Shown in pieces: positions 9,953 through 20,802 of a stretch of 64,000 bases of DNA (position 1 is its first letter; each line of letters starts with the position of its first letter). The DNA comes from an uncultured delta proteobacterium. GTDB lineage: Bacteria; Desulfobacterota; Binatia; UBA9968. The stretch lies in the NCBI GenBank assembly GCA_963760795.1, contig CAVXEP010000032.1, positions 96,001-160,000 on the forward strand. Reading direction: 5' to 3'. The position numbers were made by a program, and so were the translations under genes. The notes under the pieces are model-generated. The model saw only the letters and a list, made by a program, of their open reading frames with translations, did no database searches and had not been told where the DNA came from.

Positions 9953-10721
9953 ATGTTTTCCGACAATATGATCTGGGGCGCGATACCTGAAGGTTTTCAA
10001 AAGTTGACCGACCCGCAGGGCAACCGCTTGGCGGTCAGGGCCGATCGCCAACGGGAAATTATGTTTTCTACTTGCTTGGATATCGAGAGTTACGGCACGG
10101 CGGCGGGCTTTTATGGGCGCGGCGACATGCGCTCTGTGCAACTGGCCGACGGCACCACTGCATTGTTCCGGCGCTATCGTCATGGCGGGATTTTGCGCTC
10201 GATTACCGGCAAGTGGTTTTTTTCCTGGCCACCCAGGCCATTTCGCGAGCTGACTATTACCGAAGAGTTGCGCCGCAGAGGTTTCCCGACGGTGGAGGTC
10301 TATGCCGCTTGTGTCGGAAAAATCGCCGGGCCGTTTTACCGCGGCTGGTTGGTGACCCGGCAACTGGAAGGCGCCCATGATCTTTGGGCTGCGCTGCAGA
10401 GCGGATTCTGCCAAAGCGTCGGCATTGAGGCCGTCTTGAAGGCGGTTGCGGCGTCGATTCGTCGGATGCATCGCGAGGGAGTGTATCATCGCGATCTCAA
10501 CCTCAAAAATATTTTGGTCCGTTCGACCACCGCGGGAGTGGAGAGTCATGTCATCGATTTCGATCAGGCGATTCTGGTCTTGGGGCAACTGCCCGCGCCG
10601 CTGGTCCAGAATAATCTCGCATCGCTTGTTAAGATCGATTGGCAAACTCGATCCGCAACGGCAATACTTCTCGCCAGCGGCCTGGTACGGCTTTCTAGAG
10701 TATTACAATGCCTCCGCCTAA
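9953..10721 (+). CDS. Kdo kinase KdkA-like LPS kinase (apparent +1 frameshift near 10619)
   Basis: RRYRHGG, RPFREL, YHRDLNLKNIL and IDFD motifs; C-terminus NL/HRLLRSIGKL continues in the +1 frame to a stop at 10721. Confidence 0.8.
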
Positions 10722-11695
10722 GATCGATGCCCAGCGTATCCTGCTGGTCCTGCATGGCTCGATCGGCGACGTGACCCGCGCCTTGCCGCTAGCCGGGTTG
10801 CTGCGCGCCGGTTACCCCAAGGCGTTTATTGCCTGGTCGGTGGAACCGGCGGCGGCGCCGCTGCTTGAAGGCAATTCGGCGATCGACGCAGTGATCCTGT
10901 TCGACCGGCGCCGCTGGTGGAAGAGCTTCGGCGCTTTTCTCAAACAAATTCGCCGGCCACAATTTCGATCTGGTGCTGGACTTGCAGCGCCATCTTAAGA
11001 GCGGTGTCATCAGCCGCTTCAGTGGTGCGCCGCACCGCTTGGGATTTCACCGTACTGATGCCAAGGAGGGCAATTGGCTGTTCAATAATTTGTTCATCGA
11101 ACCCTGCGGCAATAACATCGCCAAGCTCGATCATTACCTCAAGTTCACCGCATTTCTTGGGCTACCGCTCACGCCACTGCGCTGGGATTTCGCATTGACT
11201 GAGGCCGAAAGACATGCGGTTGATGGCCATCTCCAAGGCACCGAATCGCCATTCGCGGTTTTGTTTGTCGGCACTCGTTGGGAGAGCAAAAATTGGTTCG
11301 CCGATCAAATCGCCGCTTGCGCCAATCTGCTGCGGCGCGACCACCGGCTTGGAGTGGTTTTGCTTGGCGGTGCCAATGACCGGCAGTTAGCGGAGCAGTC
11401 TTTAGCGTTGTGCGAGCCGGGTGTCGTCAATCTGGCCGGTAGCACCTCGTTACGCGAGGCGATCGGGATCATCGCCAGGGCAAAAGTGGCGGTCGGACCC
11501 GACACCGGGCTGATGCATATCGCCGCGGCGCTGAGTGTCCCGGTGATCTCGTTATGGGGGGCAACCGAGCCGTTGAGAACTGGGCCCTACGGTTTCGCCA
11601 GCTTGGCGATCAAAGGCGAGGCCCCTTGCAGCCCATGCTATCGCAAGCACTGCCAAATTGGCCGGCAGTGTATGCGGTCGATTGGAACGGATTGA
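10708..11695 (+). CDS. GT9 heptosyltransferase (apparent +1 frameshift near 10955; 3' end uncertain)
   Basis: N-half HGSIGDV in ORF 10708..10998 and C-half FDLVLDLQ...DTGLMHIAAA in ORF 10973..11695. Confidence 0.82.
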
Positions 11696-11753
11696 ACATA
11701 GCGGCAAGCTTAATTTAGTTTTCAACGGCGGTCAATGACGGATGTAGTACGAC

Positions 11754-12632
11754 ATGCCGAGTGCGGTTGACTACAGAGCCCTCAGGGCCGGTAGATGGGA
11801 CTTCTGGATGTTGAGGGACGCAGGAGACGTTCAGATGCTAGAGAGTCTCGCCGCCATCGTCGAGCGCCAGCCATATTCCAAACATCCGCAAACTCTGCCG
11901 TTCACTTGGCCGCCGGATACCGACCAGAGTCATTATTTCTTGAAAATTTTTCATCGCCGCCCTGGCGCGACGAAGGTTAAAGATCTGTTGCGCCCAACAA
12001 AGGCGCGCCGGTTCTGGCAACAGGGCTTGGCGCTCAATGCCGCCGGATTCTCTGTGCCGCTCACCGTCCTGTTTGGCGAAAGGCGTGGTTGGAGCTCAGC
12101 TGAGCGCTCCCTCGTGCTGACAGAAAAAATCGACGGTCAGCCCGCGCCAGTTTTCTTGTCCGGATTGACTTATTCCCTTGATAATTGCGCTCAGGTCAAA
12201 ATGAAACGCGGCGCTCTGGTGCGACTCGGCCAGATGGTGCGGCGTTTCCACGACCTGGGTTTCGTGCATGGCGATCTGGTAGCGACGAATATATTCATTT
12301 CGAATTGGAGTGCAGGTTCTCCGGATTTCTACCTCATGGATAACGATCGCACGCGGCTCTATCCGCCATGGCTGACCGGTAAGTTAAGGAAGCGCAACTT
12401 GGTGCAGCTCAACCGATTGCCGTTGGCGCATATTACCCTGCAAGATCGCCTGCGTTTCTTACACTCCTATCTCGGCGTGGTGAAGTTGACGAAGCGAGAT
12501 GGTCGGTTCGCCCGTTGGCTTGAGGCGCGCACTCGTCAGCGCCGTAACCAATGTGATGGCATAGATCCGAACGGAAGTTTCCGAAAGCTGATGTGCTGGG
12601 CTCCGGACACGACTAGCGCGCGAAACGGCTAA
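11754..12632 (+). CDS. LPS kinase, InaA/Kdo/WaaP family
   Basis: YFLKIF, HGDLVATNI, LMDND and RNLVQLN motifs. Confidence 0.82.
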   Translation: MPSAVDYRALRAGRWDFWMLRDAGDVQMLESLAAIVERQPYSKHPQTLPFTWPPDTDQSHYFLKIFHRRPGATKVKDLLRPTKARRFWQQGLALNAAGFSVPLTVLFGERRGWSSAERSLVLTEKIDGQPAPVFLSGLTYSLDNCAQVKMKRGALVRLGQMVRRFHDLGFVHGDLVATNIFISNWSAGSPDFYLMDNDRTRLYPPWLTGKLRKRNLVQLNRLPLAHITLQDRLRFLHSYLGVVKLTKRDGRFARWLEARTRQRRNQCDGIDPNGSFRKLMCWAPDTTSARNG

Positions 12633-12722
12633 ATATCGTGCCCAGGGCTGAACGATCATCGAACTACGGACTACCATAGGAGAATTAGAAAGTAACTTTA
12701 CATCGCTCCTGAGAGAAGGGAG

Positions 12723-13466
12723 TTGAGCAGCTGGAAAATGCCTAACAACGCTATTCTTGACGCAGTATCTTCAGCGTGGTCTGCGGAGGACCCGGTTGGA
12801 AAGAGAATGTTGGATTTGAGCTGCGGTGGCGGTGACACCGCCGAAATGTTGGCTCGGCTTGGCTATAAAGTAATTGCCACCGAATATTCTCCGCCGCCGG
12901 CAATGACGCCAGGAATCGAGCGAGTCGCTGGGGTTGATCTCAATGCGTTCTTGCCGTTTCGCACGGCAAGTTTTGACGCGGTAGATTTGGTCGAAGTGAT
13001 AGAGCATATCGAAAACCAGCCCCAACTGATTCGCGAACTGGCCAGGGTCCTCACTCCGGGCGGGGTAGTGCTCATCAGCACGCCCAACGTGCTTAATCTG
13101 ATGTCGCGAGTGCGTTTTTTGTTCACCGGTTTTTTGCGCGGCCGGGTTCGACCGGCGCACTATTCGAGCAAACCGGGTCAAGCTCCGAATATCTACTTGT
13201 TACATTTCTACGAGCTCTACTATCTGCTGTTTCATTATGGGTTCGAAGTTGCTGGACTTGCCAAAACTCGGGTAAAATTTGCCACGCGGCTTTTTATGAT
13301 AATATTTTGGCCATTCATGTGGCTTTTTAGTTTCATCACGGTGATTCGGGCCGAGAAAGACACTGTGCAGCGGCGCTACAATTGGCAGATCCTATCCTAC
13401 CTTTTTCATCCTGCGCTTTTGTTGTCGGACAATATCGTCGTTAAAGCCAGGAAAACTCAAGTTTGA
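12723..13466 (+). CDS. Class I SAM-dependent methyltransferase
   Basis: LDLSCGGG, EVIEHI and RVLTPGG..ISTPN motifs. Confidence 0.85.
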   Translation: MSSWKMPNNAILDAVSSAWSAEDPVGKRMLDLSCGGGDTAEMLARLGYKVIATEYSPPPAMTPGIERVAGVDLNAFLPFRTASFDAVDLVEVIEHIENQPQLIRELARVLTPGGVVLISTPNVLNLMSRVRFLFTGFLRGRVRPAHYSSKPGQAPNIYLLHFYELYYLLFHYGFEVAGLAKTRVKFATRLFMIIFWPFMWLFSFITVIRAEKDTVQRRYNWQILSYLFHPALLLSDNIVVKARKTQV

Positions 13467-14617
13467 AAATTGCACTTGTGCATAAACGGCTTGATCTCAA
13501 TGGCGGCACCGAAAGGGATCTCTATCAGACTGCCGAGGGGTTGCGCGATCTCGGCCATCAAGTGCACTTATTTTGCAGTGAGTATGGCGTGGCGGCGCCG
13601 CGCGGCACAATCGGTCATACTATTCCAGTGGTACGATTGGGACGAACGTTGCGTTTGTGGAGCTTCGCTCTCCTCGCGCCGAGGATTATCAAGAATCATC
13701 AATGCGACGTTGTTGTGAGCTTTGGGCGCCTTTTGTCCCAGGATATCCTCCGCAGCGGCGGCGGTACTCATCGCGGCTTCCTGATGCGAATGGGGCAACA
13801 GCGGGGGGGTTGGCGGCGGCTGTGGCAAGGCCTGAGTCTCTATCACCAAAGTCTCTTGCGGATAGAGAAAAAACAGTTTTCCGACGGCCATTTCAAGAAG
13901 GTGATCGCGGTGTCCGATGAGGTCAGGTGCGATATCGAGTCGAACTACCAGGTCAATAAGGACAAAATCACGGTCCTCTACAATGGCGTCGACCAGCAGC
14001 GTTTTCATCCGTCTCGGCGCGCGAAGGTCGGCGATACCCTGCGCGCGCGCTGGAAAGTTCCCAACCAGGCGCAATTGGTTTTGTTTGTCGGCAGCGGATT
14101 TTCGCGCAAGGGATTGGACCGTCTCATCGCGATTTGGCATCGTCCACCATTGAGCCAGGCCTACTTGATGGTTGCTGGGAACGATGGGCGCATGGGCCAC
14201 TACCAAAATTGGGCCAAGTCGGTCGCCGGAGAGCGTATTCTCTTTGTCGGTCGCCAGGATGACATCGAGAACTATTACGCGATGGCGGATCTGGTTGCCT
14301 TGCCGGCATTGCAGGAGGCGTTCGGCAACGTCGTGCTCGAATCTCTGGCTTCCGGTGTGCCGGTGGTGGTCAGCCGGGAGGTTGGTGCCGGCGCCTTATT
14401 GACCGGCTGCTTGAGGCAAGGAATCGTCGAAGATGCCGGCGATGCTACGCAACTCGAGGCCCGGCTATCCAGGATGCTCGAACACTGTGTGAAGCCGGAG
14501 TTTCGCAATGCGGCACGACAGCTCGGTGAACAGTACTCGTGGAATGGCTATTTCCACCGCCTTGAAGCCATCCTCAACGACGTTTGTCATGGGCTGGCTG
14601 CCATCCGTGTATCCTAA
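13463..14617 (+). CDS. GT4 glycosyltransferase, WaaG-like
   Basis: GGTER, FVGSGFSRKGL and EAFGNVVLESLASGVPVV motifs. Confidence 0.85.
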   Translation: MKIALVHKRLDLNGGTERDLYQTAEGLRDLGHQVHLFCSEYGVAAPRGTIGHTIPVVRLGRTLRLWSFALLAPRIIKNHQCDVVVSFGRLLSQDILRSGGGTHRGFLMRMGQQRGGWRRLWQGLSLYHQSLLRIEKKQFSDGHFKKVIAVSDEVRCDIESNYQVNKDKITVLYNGVDQQRFHPSRRAKVGDTLRARWKVPNQAQLVLFVGSGFSRKGLDRLIAIWHRPPLSQAYLMVAGNDGRMGHYQNWAKSVAGERILFVGRQDDIENYYAMADLVALPALQEAFGNVVLESLASGVPVVVSREVGAGALLTGCLRQGIVEDAGDATQLEARLSRMLEHCVKPEFRNAARQLGEQYSWNGYFHRLEAILNDVCHGLAAIRVS

Positions 14618-15473
14618 TTTTGTGTTACATCGCTCCGCGGGATGTAAGATTTGGTTCGAACCTAACTATGCCGATCCCGCGGTGCTGGCGCTGTTAAAAA
14701 ATCCCGATGGGCTTTTCGATCTTTCCGCCTGTGAAGTCATCAAAGACCAACGCAAGATCAAGGTGGCGAGGGTGGTGCTCGACCTTGGAGGCGCGAAGCG
14801 GTGTATTTATATCAAACGTTACAATGCGTTTTCGCTGCGCCATCGTTTAGTATCGATATTTACCCTATCGGGGGGGGTAAAGTCACTGCGCGGCGCGGCA
14901 ATCTTAATCCGTAACGGCATCGCAACGGCAAAACCGATCGCTGCCTTCGAAGAACGGATATGGGGCGCGGTCACCCGAAGTTTTTTTCTTTCGGAGGAGA
15001 TTCAAGGAGGCGTTACCGTGGACTCGCTGTGGCGAGAAACCCTGAGTTCTCAGTCGACTCCCGACGGGATCAGGAGTCGCCGTGCATTTTTGACGACCCT
15101 GGGCTCACTGTTTCACGCGCTGCACAGTCAGGGCGTCTACCATAACGACCTGAAGGACGCTAACATTCTCGCGGCACCAATGGCCGGGAGCGAGAGGATT
15201 GGCTTGTTTTTGCTCGATCTGGAGGGTGTGCGTCAGTATCGCGCCGTGTCGGAAAGCCGAAGAATCAAGAATTTGGTCCAACTGAATCGTACTCTCGGCA
15301 GGTATTTGCGCAACGTTCAAAAATTGCGCGTGCTGCGAGCCTATCTAGATCGAGATTCCGCCAGCCGGCAGTTACGGCGTCGGATCATCGACCAGGTGGT
15401 CCGAGAGTCGAAGCGCTTGGACGCCGTCAAGTTGCGACATGGGGTTGGCGCCCCGGCTTTACTAGGCAATTAG
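14589..15473 (+). CDS. LPS kinase, InaA/Kdo/WaaP family
   Basis: IYIKRY, YHNDLKDANIL, LLDLE and KNLVQLN motifs; start uncertain. Confidence 0.8.
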   Translation: MGWLPSVYPNFVLHRSAGCKIWFEPNYADPAVLALLKNPDGLFDLSACEVIKDQRKIKVARVVLDLGGAKRCIYIKRYNAFSLRHRLVSIFTLSGGVKSLRGAAILIRNGIATAKPIAAFEERIWGAVTRSFFLSEEIQGGVTVDSLWRETLSSQSTPDGIRSRRAFLTTLGSLFHALHSQGVYHNDLKDANILAAPMAGSERIGLFLLDLEGVRQYRAVSESRRIKNLVQLNRTLGRYLRNVQKLRVLRAYLDRDSASRQLRRRIIDQVVRESKRLDAVKLRHGVGAPALLGN

Positions 15474-15487
15474 ATATCTGAAACGCC

Positions 15488-16264
15488 ATGGCACTTGCTC
15501 TGAACATGCCGAAAGTGATCGTGGTCATGCCGGCCTACAATGCGGCCAAGACTCTCCGCATTACCTACGACGCCATTCCTAAAGATGACGTGTACCAAGT
15601 GATTCTAGTCGACGATGGTAGCCGGGATGAGACGTTAAAAATCGCCAAAGAACTTAATTTGGAGGTGTTTGTTCACACCCGCAACTTTGGCTATGGCGGC
15701 AACCAGAAGACCTGTTATACCGAGGCCCTGAAGGCCGGCGCCGATATTGTCGTCATGCTTCATCCTGACTATCAATACGATCCGTCCTTGTTACCCAATG
15801 TGATCGCACCGATCAAGAAGGGTGACGCCGATGTAGTCCTCGGTTCGCGCTTGCTTGGCGGCGATGTGGTTAAACAAGGAATGCCCTGGTGGAAATACCT
15901 CGGTAATCGCTTCTTGACCGGTATTCAGAACCAAGTGCTCCATCAGACGCTTGCCGAGTATCACACCGGATACCGGGCTTTCTCCCGGCGCGTTTTGGAA
16001 GAAGTGCCGTTCCTGCTGAATTCGGACAACTTTGTTTTCGACCAGGAAATGTTGGTTCAAGCGGTTCATCTGGGGTTTCGCATCAAAGAGGTGCCCGTAC
16101 CGACGCGTTATTTTGCCGAAGCTTCGAGTGCTAGTTTTAGCGCCAGCGTGGTCTACGGTGTGAGCATTCTGGGCGTGCTTTTGCGGTATCTACTGCATCG
16201 CTCCTCTTGGATCGTGCAGAAACAATTCGAATGTTTTCCCGCCCGATATCGGAGGGCGGAGTGA
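15488..16264 (+). CDS. GT2, polyprenol-phosphate glycosyltransferase-like
   Basis: VMPAYNA, VDDGSRD, NFGYGGNQK, HPDYQY and EYHTGYRA motifs. Confidence 0.88.
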   Translation: MALALNMPKVIVVMPAYNAAKTLRITYDAIPKDDVYQVILVDDGSRDETLKIAKELNLEVFVHTRNFGYGGNQKTCYTEALKAGADIVVMLHPDYQYDPSLLPNVIAPIKKGDADVVLGSRLLGGDVVKQGMPWWKYLGNRFLTGIQNQVLHQTLAEYHTGYRAFSRRVLEEVPFLLNSDNFVFDQEMLVQAVHLGFRIKEVPVPTRYFAEASSASFSASVVYGVSILGVLLRYLLHRSSWIVQKQFECFPARYRRAE

Positions 16265-16983
16265 GAGACGAGGCACAAACCCAAGAAATTACCTACCGGT
16301 TAAAATGTTTCAAATACAGCAGTCACTACTGGATATTGAAATTTTTGGATGATTTGCGACGCCCGCTAAGAATTTTGGACGTGGGAACCGCAGATGGATA
16401 CTTGGGGGCTGTCCTAAGGCAACGGGGGCATTACGTTGTCGGCGTTGAAAAAGACGAATTTTTGGCAAGGGGCGCCCAGCCGCATTATGCCAGGTTTTAT
16501 CTCGCCGATCTCGAAACCTTTGACTTCCCGTTCCAGGCGGAGTTCGATTTTATTATTTTCGCCGATGTCTTAGAACATTTGCGTGAACCCGAACTGGTCT
16601 TACGCCGTTCCCTGGGCTCACTAAATGCGCAGGGCCAGGTTATTGTTTCTGTTCCGAACGTTGCGAATTTATTGATTCGGATGATGCTGCTGTTCGGTAG
16701 ATTCGATTACCAAGATCGCGGCATTTTGGATCGTAGCCACCTGCGCTTTTACACTTTATCGAGTTTCAACGCGTTGTTACTCAAGGCCGCTTGTCGCGTT
16801 GTCGACGTCGTGCCGACGCCGTTGCCAGTGCAGTTGGTTCTCCCGTGGACGCAGAGTCCACTTGTTGCGCCACTGCACGAGATTCATTTCGCTATGGTAA
16901 GACTTTGGAAAACTTTACTTGCATATCAGTTTGTCGCCCGAGCCCTGCCTTACCCGGATCGACACGGCTTACGAGACTCTTAG
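16261..16983 (+). CDS. Class I SAM-dependent methyltransferase
   Basis: LDVGTADG, ADVLEHL, SVPN and GILDRSHLRFYT motifs; GTG start overlaps the upstream stop. Confidence 0.85.
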   Translation: MRDEAQTQEITYRLKCFKYSSHYWILKFLDDLRRPLRILDVGTADGYLGAVLRQRGHYVVGVEKDEFLARGAQPHYARFYLADLETFDFPFQAEFDFIIFADVLEHLREPELVLRRSLGSLNAQGQVIVSVPNVANLLIRMMLLFGRFDYQDRGILDRSHLRFYTLSSFNALLLKAACRVVDVVPTPLPVQLVLPWTQSPLVAPLHEIHFAMVRLWKTLLAYQFVARALPYPDRHGLRDS

Positions 16984-17116
16984 CACGGGTCCTTTGCGCC
17001 TTAGACCTTCCGTTCCGCAACCGCGGGAATCCGACAACACTCTTACTGCTTGCCTTGATTCTTGAGCGCTGCTGATGGCGAGAGTATTTTAGCTGACGGT
17101 GTAGGAATCAGAGGAA

Positions 17117-18046
17117 ATGAAACCCGGGTTCATAGTCGGGGTTCCAAGATCGGGAACCACGTTACTGATTAATCTTTTGGGGCAACATCCATTGATCGCA
17201 CCGCTCTATGAAACGCGGTTTTTAAGGAACTTGTTGGTGCTATGTCGGTCGGCTTCCTGGTACTATGGCAATACGCTCTCTCGGCGCATGGCCCGGGTCG
17301 CATGCGAGCCCCTTGTGCGTTCGTCCTTTCAAAGATCTTGTAATAGCTATGAGCGGAAGGCGGTTAGCTATAACATCATTCCAGAAGAAGGAAATGGCAT
17401 TAAGCAAAGTTATGAGTCATTTCCATTCGGTGAAAGTTATTGCATTCATTACCGTTTGGAAGAGTTAGTCAAGGAAACCCAAGATTGGTTAGCTCAATTG
17501 CGCATTGGGCGGGTACCACCCGAAGAGGTTTATAGCTCTGCAAGGCTGTACATTGACCGGCTTTTCGCAATTCATTGCGCACGTATGAATAAGCCCAATT
17601 GGATAAATAAGACTCCCGGCCTACTGACCTATCTAGACACTTTGCCAAAGCTTTTCCCGCACAGTAAGTGCATCCATATCGTTCGCGACGGCCGGGACGT
17701 CGCGGTTTCAAATTTATCGTTAGCGTGGGGGCCGAAGACGGTGCGGGCAGCTGCCCGTAGGTGGAAAAGGCTCATAATGGACGGCAGAAAAGCCGCCCGT
17801 GAATCCTCTATGGATTATCAGGAAATTCGCTACGAAGACGTCGTGCAGGACTCTCAACTGGTATTGAGGCAAGCGCTGCGATTTTTTGAACTTGAGGATA
17901 GTATTGTTTCGACGATGGTCGTTAGCAGTGGGCGCAAGGAAGCCTGGCGTGGCAAGTTGAACGCCGAAGATCGACGTGTCTTTGCTCAAGAAGCCGGCGA
18001 TCTTTTGATTGAATTTGGCTACGCGCATGACGATAGTTGGGTATAG
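17117..18046 (+). CDS. PAPS-dependent sulfotransferase
   Basis: 5'-PSB loop GVPRSGTT, NKTP, 3'-PB motif HIVRDGRDVAVS, and IRYED. Confidence 0.88.
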   Translation: MKPGFIVGVPRSGTTLLINLLGQHPLIAPLYETRFLRNLLVLCRSASWYYGNTLSRRMARVACEPLVRSSFQRSCNSYERKAVSYNIIPEEGNGIKQSYESFPFGESYCIHYRLEELVKETQDWLAQLRIGRVPPEEVYSSARLYIDRLFAIHCARMNKPNWINKTPGLLTYLDTLPKLFPHSKCIHIVRDGRDVAVSNLSLAWGPKTVRAAARRWKRLIMDGRKAARESSMDYQEIRYEDVVQDSQLVLRQALRFFELEDSIVSTMVVSSGRKEAWRGKLNAEDRRVFAQEAGDLLIEFGYAHDDSWV

Positions 18047-18168
18047 TCGCAGTCCGATGGACGATTTAAGCGTCCATGTTTGCGTGGATCGTCAAGGGTC
18101 AGGCAATTTCGCCAGTCTCCGGCGAACCGCATGTTTGAGATTGAACAGATCGGTCTCAAAGGGAGCAG

Positions 18169-18801
18169 GTGCGGATGGATATTGATTGGACGCTGATCAA
18201 CCAAGCGAAAAATCTCGTCGAGCAGCAGATCCCGGAGCCGATTTTGAAAATCAAGATTGTGCCGGATTATCGAGATCCTTTGGTAAAATTTTTGCGCCCC
18301 CATATGCGGGTTCTTGATATCGGAGCTAATGATAGGGCTCTCAAGGCCTTCATTGAAAAACAATCCCACTTCTCGGTGGAGTACAAGAGTATGGATGTTG
18401 ATCGAAGCCATCAGCACGACTTCTATGATCTGGCGGCGATTCAAGGAGAGTATGACGCGATCAGCTGTTTCGAAGTCATAGAGCATATGCCGCCGGGACT
18501 AGGATTGGAGTTGCTCCGTCACGCGCATCGACTGCTCGTGCCAAATGGACGACTTTTCGTTTCAACCCCTAATGTTTATCATCCGATGTCATTCTGGTCC
18601 GACAGCACACATATTACTCCGTACCGTATTCGCCATTTAGCGGGATGGATGGCCAGCGCCGGATTTGTTAGGGTTTGGGGCTATCGCGTTTGCCGCATGA
18701 GTTTGCGAAAAAGGCTGCGGGCTTGGCGTTACCGGGGCTTGCTTCGTCTCTTGAATATAGATTTTGCCCCTGGCGTGGTTGTCATTGGAGAAAAAGCGTA
18801 A
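18169..18801 (+). CDS. Class I SAM-dependent methyltransferase
   Basis: VLDIGA, FEVIEH, STPN and DSTH motifs. Confidence 0.82.
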   Translation: MRMDIDWTLINQAKNLVEQQIPEPILKIKIVPDYRDPLVKFLRPHMRVLDIGANDRALKAFIEKQSHFSVEYKSMDVDRSHQHDFYDLAAIQGEYDAISCFEVIEHMPPGLGLELLRHAHRLLVPNGRLFVSTPNVYHPMSFWSDSTHITPYRIRHLAGWMASAGFVRVWGYRVCRMSLRKRLRAWRYRGLLRLLNIDFAPGVVVIGEKA

Positions 18802-18967
18802 ATCCAGCGTTTGGTACTTGGTTGGCTGTTGCGCGATGCTGAGAGTAGGGCAGGTTGCCCGTGGGCGCCACGATAGATCACAGTTCGCAGGGGTCTGAGC
18901 AATCCATCGCGTCCTTCGCCAAATCGTCAGATTTGTTCCGGCCGTACGGAGTTATTGAGACTAAAGT

Positions 18968-19879
18968 GTGCTGACCTTCAGCCTGATTATCCCCACCTGT
19001 AACCGTAGCGGAAGCCTTCAGCGATTGTTGAAGACTATCGACGTGTTGGTGATGCCCGTCGCGTTTAACGGCGAAGTTATCGTAGTGGATAATGGCTCAG
19101 TGGATGACACCGCGAAGGTTCTCGCCGAGCGCTCAAAAGTCAGTCACGGCGTCCCGTTTTACGCGCTAACGGAAGAGCGTAAGGGTAAAGCCAGCGCGCT
19201 GAATCGCGGTCTCGCATCGGCGAAAGGCGACATCTTGCTGATCGTTGATGATGATGTGGTGGTGGATTCTCAACTCTTGGTTAAGCATATGGAAGCGCAT
19301 GAGGGTCAGGGCTTTGACGCGATTCAGGGCCGAATTCTACCCGGGGTAGATCCGGACGGGAATCATGCCGACCGATCACGGTTGCGTGAATACAATATCC
19401 CTTACATCGATTATGGGAAAAATATTCACGAAATCCGTGGATTAACCGGCACAAATATGTCCTTTACTCGGCAGGTCTTCGATAAGGTGGGATTGTTCGA
19501 CCCTCGGCTTGGACCGGGTGCGGCTGGGTTTAGCGAAGATACCGAATATTCAATCCGTATCCGCAATGCTGGATTTAAAATTGGTTACACGCCGGATGCC
19601 ATCGTTTACCATGAACTCAATCCCAACCGGTATGGTCGATCCTACAATAGAATGGTCGAATATCGAAAGGGATTGAGCCGAAGCATTTATCGGCACGATT
19701 CGATAGCTTTCCGGGTGATGCCGAATTTGGTGGCTAATTTCTTGCGCTATGGTTTGTATCGCATAGCCGGAAAATCTCAGAAAGCATATAAGACCGAAGG
19801 TCGGATCATGAAGTGTTGTGGCTACTTGATGGGCAAACTTCGTGGAGTCAGAGACCTGGATCGTCATAGCCAGGTTTAG
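18968..19879 (+). CDS. GT2 glycosyltransferase
   Basis: IIPTCNR, VDNGSVD, DDD and GFSEDTE motifs. Confidence 0.88.
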   Translation: MLTFSLIIPTCNRSGSLQRLLKTIDVLVMPVAFNGEVIVVDNGSVDDTAKVLAERSKVSHGVPFYALTEERKGKASALNRGLASAKGDILLIVDDDVVVDSQLLVKHMEAHEGQGFDAIQGRILPGVDPDGNHADRSRLREYNIPYIDYGKNIHEIRGLTGTNMSFTRQVFDKVGLFDPRLGPGAAGFSEDTEYSIRIRNAGFKIGYTPDAIVYHELNPNRYGRSYNRMVEYRKGLSRSIYRHDSIAFRVMPNLVANFLRYGLYRIAGKSQKAYKTEGRIMKCCGYLMGKLRGVRDLDRHSQV

Positions 19880-19891
19880 ACTATCAGTCGC

Positions 19892-20788
19892 ATGCTCCCG
19901 TCACCTAAAGTTTCGATGGTTATCGCGACTTATAATCGCGCGGAACTACTGCCTGCGACCATCGATAGCGCTCTGCAACAGGAATTTCAGGATTTTGAAC
20001 TTATCGTTGTCAATGACGGGTCGACGGATCACACGGAGAAATGTCTCGAACCCTATCGAGACCGTATCCGCTATTTATATCAAGACAATTCTGGTCCATC
20101 TGCGGCGCGCAATGCCGGGGTTAGGCTGGCTCGCGCCCGCTGGATCTCGATCCAAGACTCGGACGATTTATGTGCGCCGAATCACCTGACAACTCTGTAT
20201 CGTTATGTCGAAAATCATCCAGATTGCGGGATGGTCTTTGCCAACGGTGGCTATCTTGGCGGCCCCTCGCATAACCGAGAAACCATCATACCGTCAGACA
20301 AATCCCGGCGGTTGGCCAAGCAGGGTGTGAGTCTCACGGACCTGTTCGATAAAAGTCTCGTGCGGCTCCAGGCATCTTTGATTTCTAAAGCATGTTACGA
20401 CGATTTAGGAGGACATGACGAGAACCTCAGAATATCCATGGACTTGGACTTGACGTTTAGAATCTTTCATCGATATCCGGTGGCCTACCTCGACGAGGTG
20501 GTCTTTTATTACCGAAGACATTCCGGTAACACGAGCGGTAATCAGGAGCTGAGGTTGTCGGAGAATATTAGTGTCATAAGAAAACTCCTTGCTGACAATC
20601 CGCAAGCGGAAACGACTTTGGGCCAACAACGCGTAGCGTCACGCCTGGCCTACCGGTATTACCGCCTCGCGAAGGGTCTTTGGAAGAAAGGCCGACAATT
20701 AGAAGCCCAATCCGCCATTGACGAAGCCTCCCGCCTCTGTCCATGGTCGCTAAAGTATCGATTCTATCGATTACGATGGGGCGTCTGA
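19892..20788 (+). CDS. GT2 glycosyltransferase
   Basis: VIATYNR, VNDGSTD, SAARNAG and DSDD motifs. Confidence 0.88.
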   Translation: MLPSPKVSMVIATYNRAELLPATIDSALQQEFQDFELIVVNDGSTDHTEKCLEPYRDRIRYLYQDNSGPSAARNAGVRLARARWISIQDSDDLCAPNHLTTLYRYVENHPDCGMVFANGGYLGGPSHNRETIIPSDKSRRLAKQGVSLTDLFDKSLVRLQASLISKACYDDLGGHDENLRISMDLDLTFRIFHRYPVAYLDEVVFYYRRHSGNTSGNQELRLSENISVIRKLLADNPQAETTLGQQRVASRLAYRYYRLAKGLWKKGRQLEAQSAIDEASRLCPWSLKYRFYRLRWGV

Positions 20789-20802
20789 AACAGAGCCGGA
20801 CT

